Positions 9,636 to 17,178 of a DNA stretch of 54,982 nucleotides are shown one piece after another. Location of the stretch: positions 1 to 54,982 of the forward strand of contig JAGOLA010000002.1 in assembly GCA_017994375.1 (NCBI GenBank), written 5' to 3'. The DNA comes from Candidatus Omnitrophota bacterium. GTDB taxonomy: Bacteria; Omnitrophota; Gorgyraeia; Duberdicusellales; 4484-171. The notes beneath the pieces were generated by a model. That model searched no databases, was not told the origin of the DNA, and saw only the letters and a list, made by a program, of their open reading frames with translations. Position 1 is the stretch's first letter. Each line of letters starts with the position of its first letter. The position numbers and the translations under genes are program-made.

Positions 9636-9735
9636 CTATCCGTTTAGATAAAACTAAGTTGTAGTAGAGCTTCCTAAATTAGGACCCGTGGCTTTGCGCC
9701 CTCCGCTTACGCTGGAGTTTGCCTTTATCGACCCC
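9591..9735 (-). promoter_or_regulatory. c-di-GMP-I (GEMM-I) riboswitch in the 5' leader of the giant ORF.
   Basis: The minus-strand RNA reads AAAGGCAAACUCCAGCGUAAGCGGAGGGCGCAAAGCCACGGGUCCUAA...CGGAUAGCCGGGUUGCCGA. This has the GEMM-I hallmarks: GGCAAAC, a hairpin capped by a GNRA loop (GUAA), the GCGCAAAGCC core, CCUAA, and the 3' AGCCGGGUUGCCGA segment (compare the Vibrio cholerae Vc2 aptamer). A terminator follows. Confidence 0.85.
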
Positions 9736-9760
9736 AATTCTTAGCTGCTAAACTACAGTA

Positions 9761-9789
9761 AATATAACATAATATAATATATAAGTCAA
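9761..9789 (-). promoter_or_regulatory. Sigma70-like promoter for the riboswitch and giant ORF transcript.
   Basis: On the minus strand, TTGACT (9789-9784) is followed by a 17-nt spacer and TATATT (9766-9761). This lies about 25 nt upstream of the aptamer. Confidence 0.55.
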
Positions 9790-9979
9790 GAAAACCTAAG
9801 AAAAATAAAAGCCTTTATGAAAACCTTTTCGGTATGTTAGAAGGTAGTCTTTAAGAAAAATCCCGGAGAGAAAATTTTTAGGAGATTTTGACTCTTTTAT
9901 TTAATATTTAGCAGCAAATTGTTTCTTAATGATGTTATATATGGACATTAATTTTCATAACTATCTGAAAATAAATATA

Positions 9980-10843
9980 TTACATACCTACTCCACTAAA
10001 CAAGTCTCCCTTTATAAATTTAATTAGAATCGGCCCGGCAACAATAATAAGAATTACTGGTAAGATGCAAAAGATAAGCGGAATAAGCATCTTAAGCGGT
10101 GCTTTCATAGCTTGGCGTTCTCCTCTATGAAAACGTCGCATCCGAGTATCCTCAGAAAGAATCTTAAAAGCCTCTTCCACTGGAGTTCCCATGCGATCAG
10201 CCTGAATTAAGGTCCTTACAAAAGAGGTAACATCTGGTATCTCTAATCTTTTAGACATATCTCTTAAAGCTTCGGTGCGGGATTTTCCGATATTTATCTC
10301 TTTTAAAACTACTGAGAGTTCTTCAATTAAAGGATTAAACCTAACTTTATCAATAACCCATCTTACCGCTGACATAAAATCTAACCCTGCTCCCACACAC
10401 AAACCTAATAAATCTACTGTCTCTGGCAATATCCTTACTATAGCATATTTTCTTCTATTGATAGCAGACTTCATCATAATACCGGGCAAGATAAGTCCAA
10501 AAATAGCAGCTGATATCAACCATATCGGCTTCTCTAAGCCAAAGACATATAGTAAAAGCGGAAAAACAATAGCGCATATCTCCCGCATTCCAAGAAATTC
10601 GGCCGGGGTTAATTTCCACCGAGATAATGTTAGTTTACTGCGTAAAGCATGTTCCAACTTAAGGATTTTTAATATTACCTTATTTAGAGGAGTAAAAACT
10701 TTTAATAAAGGCATAAGCAGAGGATTTTTATCTTCTTTGACTTTTTCTTTAAAAACCGAAATAGTATCCGGCTCTTTAGGAACTAAACCAACAAAGATAA
10801 AAATGAAGGCTGCAATCAAAAATAAATATAGAAGAATAATCAT
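9980..10843 (-). CDS. tadC: TadC-like pilus platform protein (T2SS-F/GspF-type domain).
   Basis: 287 aa, polytopic. The T2SSF-like core reads ...LPETVDLLGLCVGAGLDFMSAVRWV...RTEALRDMSKRLEIPDVTSFVRTLIQADRMGTPVEEAF... It overlaps the upstream tadB-like gene by 4 nt. Confidence 0.8.
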   Translation of the reverse strand: MIILLYLFLIAAFIFIFVGLVPKEPDTISVFKEKVKEDKNPLLMPLLKVFTPLNKVILKILKLEHALRSKLTLSRWKLTPAEFLGMREICAIVFPLLLYVFGLEKPIWLISAAIFGLILPGIMMKSAINRRKYAIVRILPETVDLLGLCVGAGLDFMSAVRWVIDKVRFNPLIEELSVVLKEINIGKSRTEALRDMSKRLEIPDVTSFVRTLIQADRMGTPVEEAFKILSEDTRMRRFHRGERQAMKAPLKMLIPLIFCILPVILIIVAGPILIKFIKGDLFSGVGM

Positions 10844-11682
10844 ATCTTGACTCTCCCAAATAAAATTATTAAGCCAATACCTACGGTCTGAAGAATTAAA
10901 GCTATTAAAAGCAATAATCTTCCCAATTCATCCTGCCACATAATATCGAAGTGAGCCGGGTCCATTTTACGAACGATAAAAAAGAATACTGGGCCGATAA
11001 GAGAAATAATAATGGCTTGTAGCCGAGTTTGTAAAGTCAAAGTGGCTACCAACTCTTTTAACTTAAGCCGGTCTCTGATAGTTTCTACTAAACGGGAAAA
11101 TACTTTAGTTAAATCTCCTCCGGTTTCTCGAGCCACCATTATAGCTGAAGTAACTAAGGTTACTTCTTCTGAGCCCATCCTTTTATCCAATCTTAGTAAA
11201 GCTTCTTCTAAAGTTACTCCCACCTTTATTTCTCTGCTTACTAACGAAATCTCTTGGCTTAAAGGAGCGCTGGTTTCTTCTACCACTACATCAAAAGCTT
11301 GTATTAAGGTTAACCCTCCTTTTAAACAGCTATTCATAATCATAAGGCCGTCTACTAACTGGTTAATGAACCTTTTCTTTCTTAGGTTCTCCATAAATTT
11401 TACTAATAGTAAGGGACAAAGTACTCCTACAATCAAAAATATAATTACCACCAATACCTTTCGGGTAAAGATATAAGATAAAGCACCTAACACCAAGGGC
11501 AATCCAATATAGAGAAGAATAAGAGTTTTTTTCTGGACAAAAATGAACATCTCTTCGAATTGAGAAGCAGTTCGCATAGCTTTTTTTTGCTGGCTTTCTT
11601 CCCATTTTTGAAGTAGAAAACCTATACCGTAATAAGAAATTACTACTAAGGAAAATAAAAGAAGTATGTAGGCTAGGATCAT
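10840..11682 (-). CDS. tadB: TadB-like pilus platform protein (T2SS-F/GspF-type domain).
   Basis: 280 aa. The core reads ...MNSCLKGGLTLIQAFDVVVEETSAPLSQEI...LEEALLRLDKRMGSEEVTLVTSAIMVARETGGDLTKVFSRL..., flanked by TM segments. Confidence 0.8.
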   Translation of the reverse strand: MILAYILLLFSLVVISYYGIGFLLQKWEESQQKKAMRTASQFEEMFIFVQKKTLILLYIGLPLVLGALSYIFTRKVLVVIIFLIVGVLCPLLLVKFMENLRKKRFINQLVDGLMIMNSCLKGGLTLIQAFDVVVEETSAPLSQEISLVSREIKVGVTLEEALLRLDKRMGSEEVTLVTSAIMVARETGGDLTKVFSRLVETIRDRLKLKELVATLTLQTRLQAIIISLIGPVFFFIVRKMDPAHFDIMWQDELGRLLLLIALILQTVGIGLIILFGRVKI

Positions 11683-11692
11683 TTAATGCTTA

Positions 11693-11860
11693 CTAGTTGG
11701 GGTCAAACTGTTCTTCTAAGCCAAAAGTATCGGCTGCTTTTTTATAACTTCCTTGAAGGCGCCTTTTGATATAACCGGACATCGCTAAGAAAACAGCAAT
11801 AATCACCACTATTAAAATAGCATAAACAAGGATTACTTGCGACTGTTTACTTGTTCGCAT
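11693..11860 (-). CDS. Small Flp-like pilin paralogue of 55 aa, not in the ORF track, with Val in place of the conserved Glu5.
   Basis: ATG at 11860 and TAG at 11693-11695. The translation is MRTSKQSQVILVYAILIVVIIAVFLAMSGYIKRRLQGSYKKAADTFGLEEQFDPN. It aligns with the ...KAQSTLEYALLITVVIAVLLSMQAYIKRGMQGKFKD... paralogues at 15772-16113 and elsewhere. It overlaps the end of the upstream gene by 14 nt. Confidence 0.55.
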   Translation of the reverse strand: MRTSKQSQVILVYAILIVVIIAVFLAMSGYIKRRLQGSYKKAADTFGLEEQFDPN

Positions 11861-12665
11861 GATAATAAATTCCGATTATAGTGTAAGTATCTTTTAATAA
11901 CTCTTTCTCCGCTTCGGACTTAATATCCTTCAAGTAATAAGAGCTAATAAAAATATAATAAGCCTGATTATTATTTTTAAAAACTAAATTTTTAGCATTG
12001 GCGAACGGGGTCTCTGCTATATTCTTACTCTGCTCACCAGAAATTTCCGGGCATACTGGACAAGCCGAACTGATATCTACAGTGTCAAAATTACTTTTTT
12101 GTTCCGATAGTTTCCAGCCTAAAGAAGGCATTCTCCTAAGATAAAAATCTTCTACCTGCTTCGGGTTTTCTTTGGTTTTATAGGCAAAATAATGTATTCC
12201 TTTAGTGAAAGAATTATAGGATATTAATTCAGCGCTGGAAGGGTAAGGTGGCTTAAAGCTTGGTTTTTTATCCGGAGTAAAACATCCTTCTGGAGGGCAA
12301 GCTTTATTATCATTGCCTTTGGTTAAATCTCCGGTAATAACTGAATAAGAAGTTTCTTTCTTATTTAGCGAAGGCATAAAATTTAAGCTTAACATCATCC
12401 CTTTCTTAAGGTAAGAGTTAGGGGAAGCTTTATCTATTGGTTGCCAACCTTGTTTTGATAATCTCTCTTTATAAAATTGGCTAATTTGGCTTTTAGAAGA
12501 GTTGGAAGTATAGTGATATATTACGGATTCTCTATCTACTTCGGCAAATTTTTTAATCTCTTTTTTAATCAATTTGGAGTTAGGATAATAAGGTAAATTA
12601 GCGACTTCCGCCAAGGCTTTAAAAGATACTAAACAAAAAATAACTAAAATAATTTTTTTAACCAT
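11847..12665 (-). CDS. Secreted protein of unknown function with an internal two-fold duplication.
   Basis: I moved the start from the track's 12782 to ATG 12665, giving MVKKIILVIFCLVSFKALAEV, a typical signal peptide. This also removes the overlap with the upstream gene. The halves resemble each other: YYPNSKLI...YHYTSNSSKSQISQFYKERLSKQGWQ against PYPSSAELI...FAYKTKENPKQVEDFYLRRMPSLGWK. Confidence 0.6.
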   Translation of the reverse strand: MVKKIILVIFCLVSFKALAEVANLPYYPNSKLIKKEIKKFAEVDRESVIYHYTSNSSKSQISQFYKERLSKQGWQPIDKASPNSYLKKGMMLSLNFMPSLNKKETSYSVITGDLTKGNDNKACPPEGCFTPDKKPSFKPPYPSSAELISYNSFTKGIHYFAYKTKENPKQVEDFYLRRMPSLGWKLSEQKSNFDTVDISSACPVCPEISGEQSKNIAETPFANAKNLVFKNNNQAYYIFISSYYLKDIKSEAEKELLKDTYTIIGIYYHANK

Positions 12666-12684
12666 TGTCTTTATTCTTATTACT

Positions 12685-14010
12685 TTACTTCCAAAAGTCA
12701 ACTTCAATAATCGCAGCATCGTGTTCCCAAATAGGCTCGCAACTATAACCGTCGTGACGGGAACAAATTTGTCCTCTATCATTATAATTAAAAGTAGCTC
12801 GAGTGGAACTTTTTATATTAGGATATTGGGTAAGCCAAAGCTCCGAAGAACGCTGGCCGACATTACCGGCATGAGACTGAACAGTCTTGGCTTCCACCTC
12901 TCTATCATGCACTATATCGTCAATCCAGGCAATAATAAGCTGTGGTTCATTATTGGCAGTATAAAGAGTGGTTGTGCTATCTTTGTCGATATCTAGGCCT
13001 ATCCAGGCTCTAGTACTCATATCATAAGCATTATCTATAGAACTTAAGGCTCTTTGAAGGTGCATTATTGCCATCTGACAATTCTGCTGCCAACAAACAC
13101 AGCAAGGCCACCAACCAGCTAAGCAGCATGGAACGCAACTACAAGCCGCGGCTAGATACCCTTGAGCGTGGCGTAAATTATCAATAGCATCTTCGGTAAA
13201 AAATATCACTCGCTCTAAAGTATCGGTTTCTTCCGGATAAGTCATATTAGTGTGACGAATCTTATACTCCCAGATAGGATCAATGCAAATTTGCCCCCAA
13301 ACTTCATGTCGCCGGCCGGAGTAATCATTCCAGATAAAATTCTCAAACTTGCAATTTTCTACTGTCGCAGTAGTGAAACTATCTACCTTACTATAAAGAT
13401 AATGCTTATCGCTATCTCTAATCTTTACTGCTATACCGCTGTTAAGAAAAAGAAACTTATATCCGGCAGCCAAAGCAGTATAGTATAAATCAAACTGGTT
13501 AGGTTGATCTCTATGGACGATATTTCTTACCCGGCGGTAAAAATCCTGCTGGTTAAAGAAAAAACTGGGCACTATCTGCCATTGAATTTGGCGGGTTTCG
13601 GCCCAAAAAAAACGCAATAGTCTATCGGCCTCAATAGCCCAATAAATAGCTTCGCAAGGGTTCGGACAAGCTAAATTAAGGGCACCTACGGTTTGGTGGC
13701 GGGCTAAAAATAAAATATTCCAAGAGTGCTGAAAATGCCTAAAAGCTTCCCAGTTGAAACGCCGGTAATTTATCTCAAATATGCGGTTAGCAAAAGCTAC
13801 GTAATTGAAAGCATAGGCTAAGGGCGAAGCAGCAGCTAAAGCTCCGCCGTCAGTAGCATTGCCACTGTAGGTCTTAGTTCCGGCGATCTTTCCGATATTT
13901 ACGCTGATTAAAGCTGCAATGAGGATAACTAGTATTAAAGCAAAGAAAAAAGGGGCAAGCTGTCCTTTATGAAATGAAGACTTATTAAAATAACTATTAT
14001 TTTTAAACAT
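12685..14010 (-). CDS. TadG-like pilus-associated protein with a pseudopilin-like hydrophobic N-terminus and a Cys/Trp-rich cluster.
   Basis: About 441 aa. The N-terminus ...KGQLAPFFFALILVILIAALISVNIGKIAG resembles the TadG/TadE-type N-terminal helix. The motif AACSCVPCCLAGWWPCCVCWQQNC is encoded at about 13075-13155. The track start at 14013 is GTG; the ATG lies at 14010. Confidence 0.5.
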   Translation of the reverse strand: MFKNNSYFNKSSFHKGQLAPFFFALILVILIAALISVNIGKIAGTKTYSGNATDGGALAAASPLAYAFNYVAFANRIFEINYRRFNWEAFRHFQHSWNILFLARHQTVGALNLACPNPCEAIYWAIEADRLLRFFWAETRQIQWQIVPSFFFNQQDFYRRVRNIVHRDQPNQFDLYYTALAAGYKFLFLNSGIAVKIRDSDKHYLYSKVDSFTTATVENCKFENFIWNDYSGRRHEVWGQICIDPIWEYKIRHTNMTYPEETDTLERVIFFTEDAIDNLRHAQGYLAAACSCVPCCLAGWWPCCVCWQQNCQMAIMHLQRALSSIDNAYDMSTRAWIGLDIDKDSTTTLYTANNEPQLIIAWIDDIVHDREVEAKTVQSHAGNVGQRSSELWLTQYPNIKSSTRATFNYNDRGQICSRHDGYSCEPIWEHDAAIIEVDFWK

Positions 14011-14032
14011 CACCCCTTTACCTTCAGGTTAA

Positions 14033-14278
14033 CTAAAAATGGGTCTCTTCTTTGGTAAGCTCTTCGGGTGCGTAAATTGGCCAGACTATATCTTTCCAGC
14101 CTCCTCCGCCAGGATACCTGTTAGGTTGACCAGCTTCCTCTCTAGTGCTGCCAAATAAAGGCTGACGCTTAGCAACCTGGCGATTACCCCAAGTCCACAT
14201 AGCTATTATACTAAAAAATAACGATAATACTACCAAAAAAGCAATAGTTATTTCTATAGTAGTTTGGGATTTCTGCAT
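14033..14278 (-). CDS. Small pseudopilin-like protein of 81 aa.
   Basis: The N-terminus MQKSQTTIEITIAFLVVLSLFFSIIAM has the same S/Q...E(+5) leader plus hydrophobic helix as the pilin array. Confidence 0.55.
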   Translation of the reverse strand: MQKSQTTIEITIAFLVVLSLFFSIIAMWTWGNRQVAKRQPLFGSTREEAGQPNRYPGGGGWKDIVWPIYAPEELTKEETHF

Positions 14279-14285
14279 TTTTATC

Positions 14286-14924
14286 TTATTTATTTACTGA
14301 AAAACTTCGGGCTTTGCCGCTAGAACGACTCTGCTCCACGGTAGTAGCTCCTTTTATATAATAAGTCATCTCTTCAGCTACGGCTGAACCTCTGGTGCTG
14401 CTTATATTAGCCGGATCTTCCGTTAAATTCAAGCTCTCGGAAACTGCCGTAGCATATTCTCGGTCTACTCCGGTAACATCGGCATCCGGATCTAACACTA
14501 CATCACCTTGATCGTTAATCTCATAGATAAATTTTCTTTCGGGATCATTTTCTTCATCGGTATATATATCCAAGGTGCCTCCGGTAGCTCCAAAACGCCA
14601 TTGATCAGTTGACTCTACCTTAGTATATTTAGTTATCAAAGGCACAGCCCAATGGACGTAGCCGGAAGCGCTACGCAGGATTTTTTCACCGCGTAACGGT
14701 ACCTCAACATCGGCTTTACGGCTATCATTTATCGAATCGTGGCTTAAGATGACGTTTCTGTCGTGAGATTTTTTAAGCGAGCGGCGAAAATTCTCCATTA
14801 AAGTATATTGCTCGCTATTCATTTTCTGAATAAAAGTAACCAAAAAGCCGAAAGCAATCAATATTACTACTCCAAAAAGACCGGCTTCTACCAATCCTTG
14901 GGCTCTTTTATGAATACTTCTCAT
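14286..14924 (-). CDS. TadE/TadF-like pseudopilin of 212 aa.
   Basis: The N-terminus MRSIHKRAQGLVEAGLFGVVILIAFGFLVTFI has Glu at +5 after the putative A/Q cleavage site, followed by a globular domain. Confidence 0.6.
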   Translation of the reverse strand: MRSIHKRAQGLVEAGLFGVVILIAFGFLVTFIQKMNSEQYTLMENFRRSLKKSHDRNVILSHDSINDSRKADVEVPLRGEKILRSASGYVHWAVPLITKYTKVESTDQWRFGATGGTLDIYTDEENDPERKFIYEINDQGDVVLDPDADVTGVDREYATAVSESLNLTEDPANISSTRGSAVAEEMTYYIKGATTVEQSRSSGKARSFSVNK

Positions 14925-14942
14925 TTTTTTACTAACCTTTGC

Positions 14943-15371
14943 TTAATTAACACTAACTAAATCCCACTGTAAATTCCACTCAATATACTGAGTATCAGGA
15001 TAAAGAATAGCTGGCGGTTTGACAGCATAATCTACTACATCCCTTACGCTTCCCGCTTCTGATCCTACCGGGATATCATAATTATACCAAGCATCATCAT
15101 CGGTAGTAATAGTTAAGGTATTGCCCCCTTCATTCTCGAACTTATCAGAAGCTAAAGTATCGATTTGCTTATGCTCTTTGACTCTACTTCCATCGGCATT
15201 GTTTCCGGCCATATTAGGATAATAGCCAATAAAAGCATCGGATAAATCCTTTACTTTGGCTTGGGTTCCCCGCCGAATAAAGGGTTGCATAGCTAGCATT
15301 ACACCAATAATTATAGCAATCACTACGCCATACTCTAGTATGGCGTTGGCTTTTCTATTAATACTTATCAC
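14943..15371 (-). CDS. Flp/pseudopilin-like protein of 142 aa.
   Basis: The N-terminus ...NRKANAILEYGVVIAIIIGVMLAM shows the EY motif plus a hydrophobic helix. The track start is GTG. Confidence 0.6.
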   Translation of the reverse strand: MISINRKANAILEYGVVIAIIIGVMLAMQPFIRRGTQAKVKDLSDAFIGYYPNMAGNNADGSRVKEHKQIDTLASDKFENEGGNTLTITTDDDAWYNYDIPVGSEAGSVRDVVDYAVKPPAILYPDTQYIEWNLQWDLVSVN

Positions 15372-15411
15372 CCCTTAGATTTTTAAGACCCTAACGCTAA
15401 ACTCTTAAATA

Positions 15412-15720
15412 CTACTCTCCAGAGAGATCGCCTATCATCATAATCTCACTATGAGTAGTTGCTCCGATATCCGCGCTATACTTATCTTTATCATAATATT
15501 CGGCAATTGCCATGCTGGAATTCTTGGCTACTCCTCTAAGTAAAGTATTATTATAAGAGTATTCTTCTCCTAACTGGTCAATATTCTGCTTAACTCCTCC
15601 CTGTATGCCTCTCTTTAAATAGGCCTGCATAGTAAGCAAGGCTGCTACTGTTACTACTATAATCAAAGCATACTCCAAAGTGTATTGAGCTTTTCTGTAA
15701 GTTAAGCCAGATTCTCTCAT
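15412..15720 (-). CDS. Flp-family pilin paralogue of 102 aa.
   Basis: The translation begins MRESGLTYRKAQYTLEYALIIVVTVAALLTMQAYLKRGIQGG. A Shine-Dalgarno-like GAGG lies upstream. Confidence 0.7.
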   Translation of the reverse strand: MRESGLTYRKAQYTLEYALIIVVTVAALLTMQAYLKRGIQGGVKQNIDQLGEEYSYNNTLLRGVAKNSSMAIAEYYDKDKYSADIGATTHSEIMMIGDLSGE

Positions 15721-15771
15721 AACTTAAACTACCTCTTCGAATACTTGCCTCTTATAACTTAACCTAGGTGT

Positions 15772-16113
15772 TTATTCCCACTCAAAATTAACTGGGAACG
15801 ACTCTTTGTGTAAAGGCTTAATATCTTGATCAGTAGTAGTATTCTGGTTACCCGAAGTTACTACATTTAATCTGGTATTATGCCCTTCATTATAAGTTTC
15901 AGTAGTGGTGCTAGTAGTATCGAGATGGTAAGTGCCTTGGGTTAACCCCGGTGAATACTGATCACCAATTTGATCAGTTACATCCTTAAATTTACCCTGC
16001 ATACCTCTCTTGATATAAGCCTGCATGCTAAGCAGCACTGCAATTACTACTGTTATAAGAAGCGCATACTCCAAAGTACTTTGCGCTTTTCTTGGTTTAA
16101 GTAACATCTTCAC
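15772..16113 (-). CDS. Flp-family pilin paralogue of 113 aa.
   Basis: The translation begins MKMLLKPRKAQSTLEYALLITVVIAVLLSMQAYIKRGMQGKF. An AAGGAGGTG Shine-Dalgarno sequence lies upstream. Confidence 0.7.
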   Translation of the reverse strand: MKMLLKPRKAQSTLEYALLITVVIAVLLSMQAYIKRGMQGKFKDVTDQIGDQYSPGLTQGTYHLDTTSTTTETYNEGHNTRLNVVTSGNQNTTTDQDIKPLHKESFPVNFEWE

Positions 16114-16144
16114 ACCTCCTTATAAAATTAGTTTCAACTCCTTC

Positions 16145-16489
16145 TTACTGGTTTACATTGGAATCAAAGCTGGTAGTAGAATCTGCTGTCTTAGTCCAAA
16201 AATCGGGCTGACCTTCGCTTTCTACAAAAATTTCACTAATGTCTTGGTTAGCTGTTTGATTCCGGTTTTTATAACCAGCTTGTGGTTCATATTGGAACCC
16301 TTGTCCTAAAGTTACTCCTTCCGGTGTAACTTGGCCTGATACCTGGCTTAAGGCAAAATTAGCATCATACATCTTAGCTTGGATTGCCCTTCTTACTTCA
16401 TGCTGCATACCCAAAGCCGCAGCTACTACTAAAGAGAGAAGTATGGCATATTCGGCTGTTGACTGTGCTTTTCTTAATTTTCTTAACAT
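16145..16489 (-). CDS. Flp-family pilin paralogue of 114 aa.
   Basis: The translation begins MLRKLRKAQSTAEYAILLSLVVAAALGMQHEVRRAIQAKM. An AGGAGGTG Shine-Dalgarno sequence lies upstream. Confidence 0.7.
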   Translation of the reverse strand: MLRKLRKAQSTAEYAILLSLVVAAALGMQHEVRRAIQAKMYDANFALSQVSGQVTPEGVTLGQGFQYEPQAGYKNRNQTANQDISEIFVESEGQPDFWTKTADSTTSFDSNVNQ

Positions 16490-16511
16490 CTTTTATCACC
16501 TCCTATCCTAA

Positions 16512-16709
16512 TTATTCACCAGTATAAAGCCCGCCTCCGGCCTTATCTAAAAACTGCATCGAATGAGCATCAATTACGTCGGCGCTGTCAGCAAACATGT
16601 TATCTACTGCTGGTCTTATAACCTCTCTAGCGGCAAAAATTATCGCGGCTACTATCGCGGCTAAAATAATTACGTACTCTAAGATGTTTTGAGATTTTTT
16701 CTTTAACAT
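16512..16709 (-). CDS. Flp-family pilin of 65 aa.
   Basis: The track start at 16718 is GTG. ATG at 16709 lies 9 nt downstream of an AGGAGG sequence and gives MLKKKSQNILEYVIILAAIVAAIIFAAREVIRPAVDNMF... Confidence 0.7.
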   Translation of the reverse strand: MLKKKSQNILEYVIILAAIVAAIIFAAREVIRPAVDNMFADSADVIDAHSMQFLDKAGGGLYTGE

Positions 16710-16732
16710 TCCAATCACCTCCTTTATCCTTT

Positions 16733-16876
16733 TTATTGCATATTTTCGTTTAGGTCCTGCCTTACATTCTCAACCCGGGCACTAACTGCTCTTTGAATAT
16801 ATTTAGCTATCCCAAGAATAGAAACTATTATCATTACTACTAGTATTGCATATTCAATTGTACTTTGGCTTTTCAT
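16733..16876 (-). CDS. Minimal Flp-type pilin of 47 aa, not in the ORF track.
   Basis: ATG at 16876 and TAA at 16733-16735. The translation is MKSQSTIEYAILVVMIIVSILGIAKYIQRAVSARVENVRQDLNENMQ. Confidence 0.7.
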   Translation of the reverse strand: MKSQSTIEYAILVVMIIVSILGIAKYIQRAVSARVENVRQDLNENMQ

Positions 16877-16880
16877 CTTC

Positions 16881-17045
16881 TTATAAACCTTTTTGAACTA
16901 TACTATCAACTACTCTAGCCGCGTTATTCATTCCTCCGGATACTGCTGCCCTTATCCTGAAAGCGCCTAAGATTATAGCACCTAAAATTGTCGCCAATAT
17001 TAGAACATACTCAATAATACTCTGAGACTTACCTTTGGCTATCAT
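16881..17045 (-). CDS. Minimal Flp-type pilin of 54 aa, not in the ORF track.
   Basis: ATG at 17045 and TAA at 16881-16883. The translation is MIAKGKSQSIIEYVLILATILGAIILGAFRIRAAVSGGMNNAARVVDSIVQKGL. Confidence 0.7.
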   Translation of the reverse strand: MIAKGKSQSIIEYVLILATILGAIILGAFRIRAAVSGGMNNAARVVDSIVQKGL

Positions 17046-17178
17046 TGAACTCCTTAGTTATTTCTACAAATCTTCCATCCATGGCATTTTTAATATAGTT
17101 AGTCATTACTACTATCGCGGCTGATATGGCTAAAACTAACATGGTATATTCGATTATACTTTGCGTTAATTTTCTCAT
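17029..17178 (-). CDS. Minimal Flp-type pilin of 49 aa, not in the ORF track.
   Basis: ATG at 17178 and TAA at 17029-17031. The translation is MRKLTQSIIEYTMLVLAISAAIVVMTNYIKNAMDGRFVEITKEFNDSQR. It overlaps the next pilin gene by 17 nt. Confidence 0.65.
   Translation of the reverse strand: MRKLTQSIIEYTMLVLAISAAIVVMTNYIKNAMDGRFVEITKEFNDSQR

Noticed and set aside
10275-11476. Long plus-strand ORFs (10275-10850 and 11012-11476) lie opposite the tadB-like and tadC-like genes.
   Set aside because: They are antisense shadows of well-supported minus-strand genes. Their translations are low-complexity and Ser/Lys/Ile-rich, with no motifs. The same reasoning applies to 20156-20929, 21584-21961, 23573-24112, 24469-24759, 34932-35327, 41701-42171, 46382-46744 and 47114-47752.
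12685-12782. A 98-nt overlap appears between ORFs 11847-12782 and 12685-14013.
   Set aside because: The overlap disappears when the downstream gene starts at ATG 12665, which also creates a proper signal peptide. It is a start-site artefact of longest-ORF calling.
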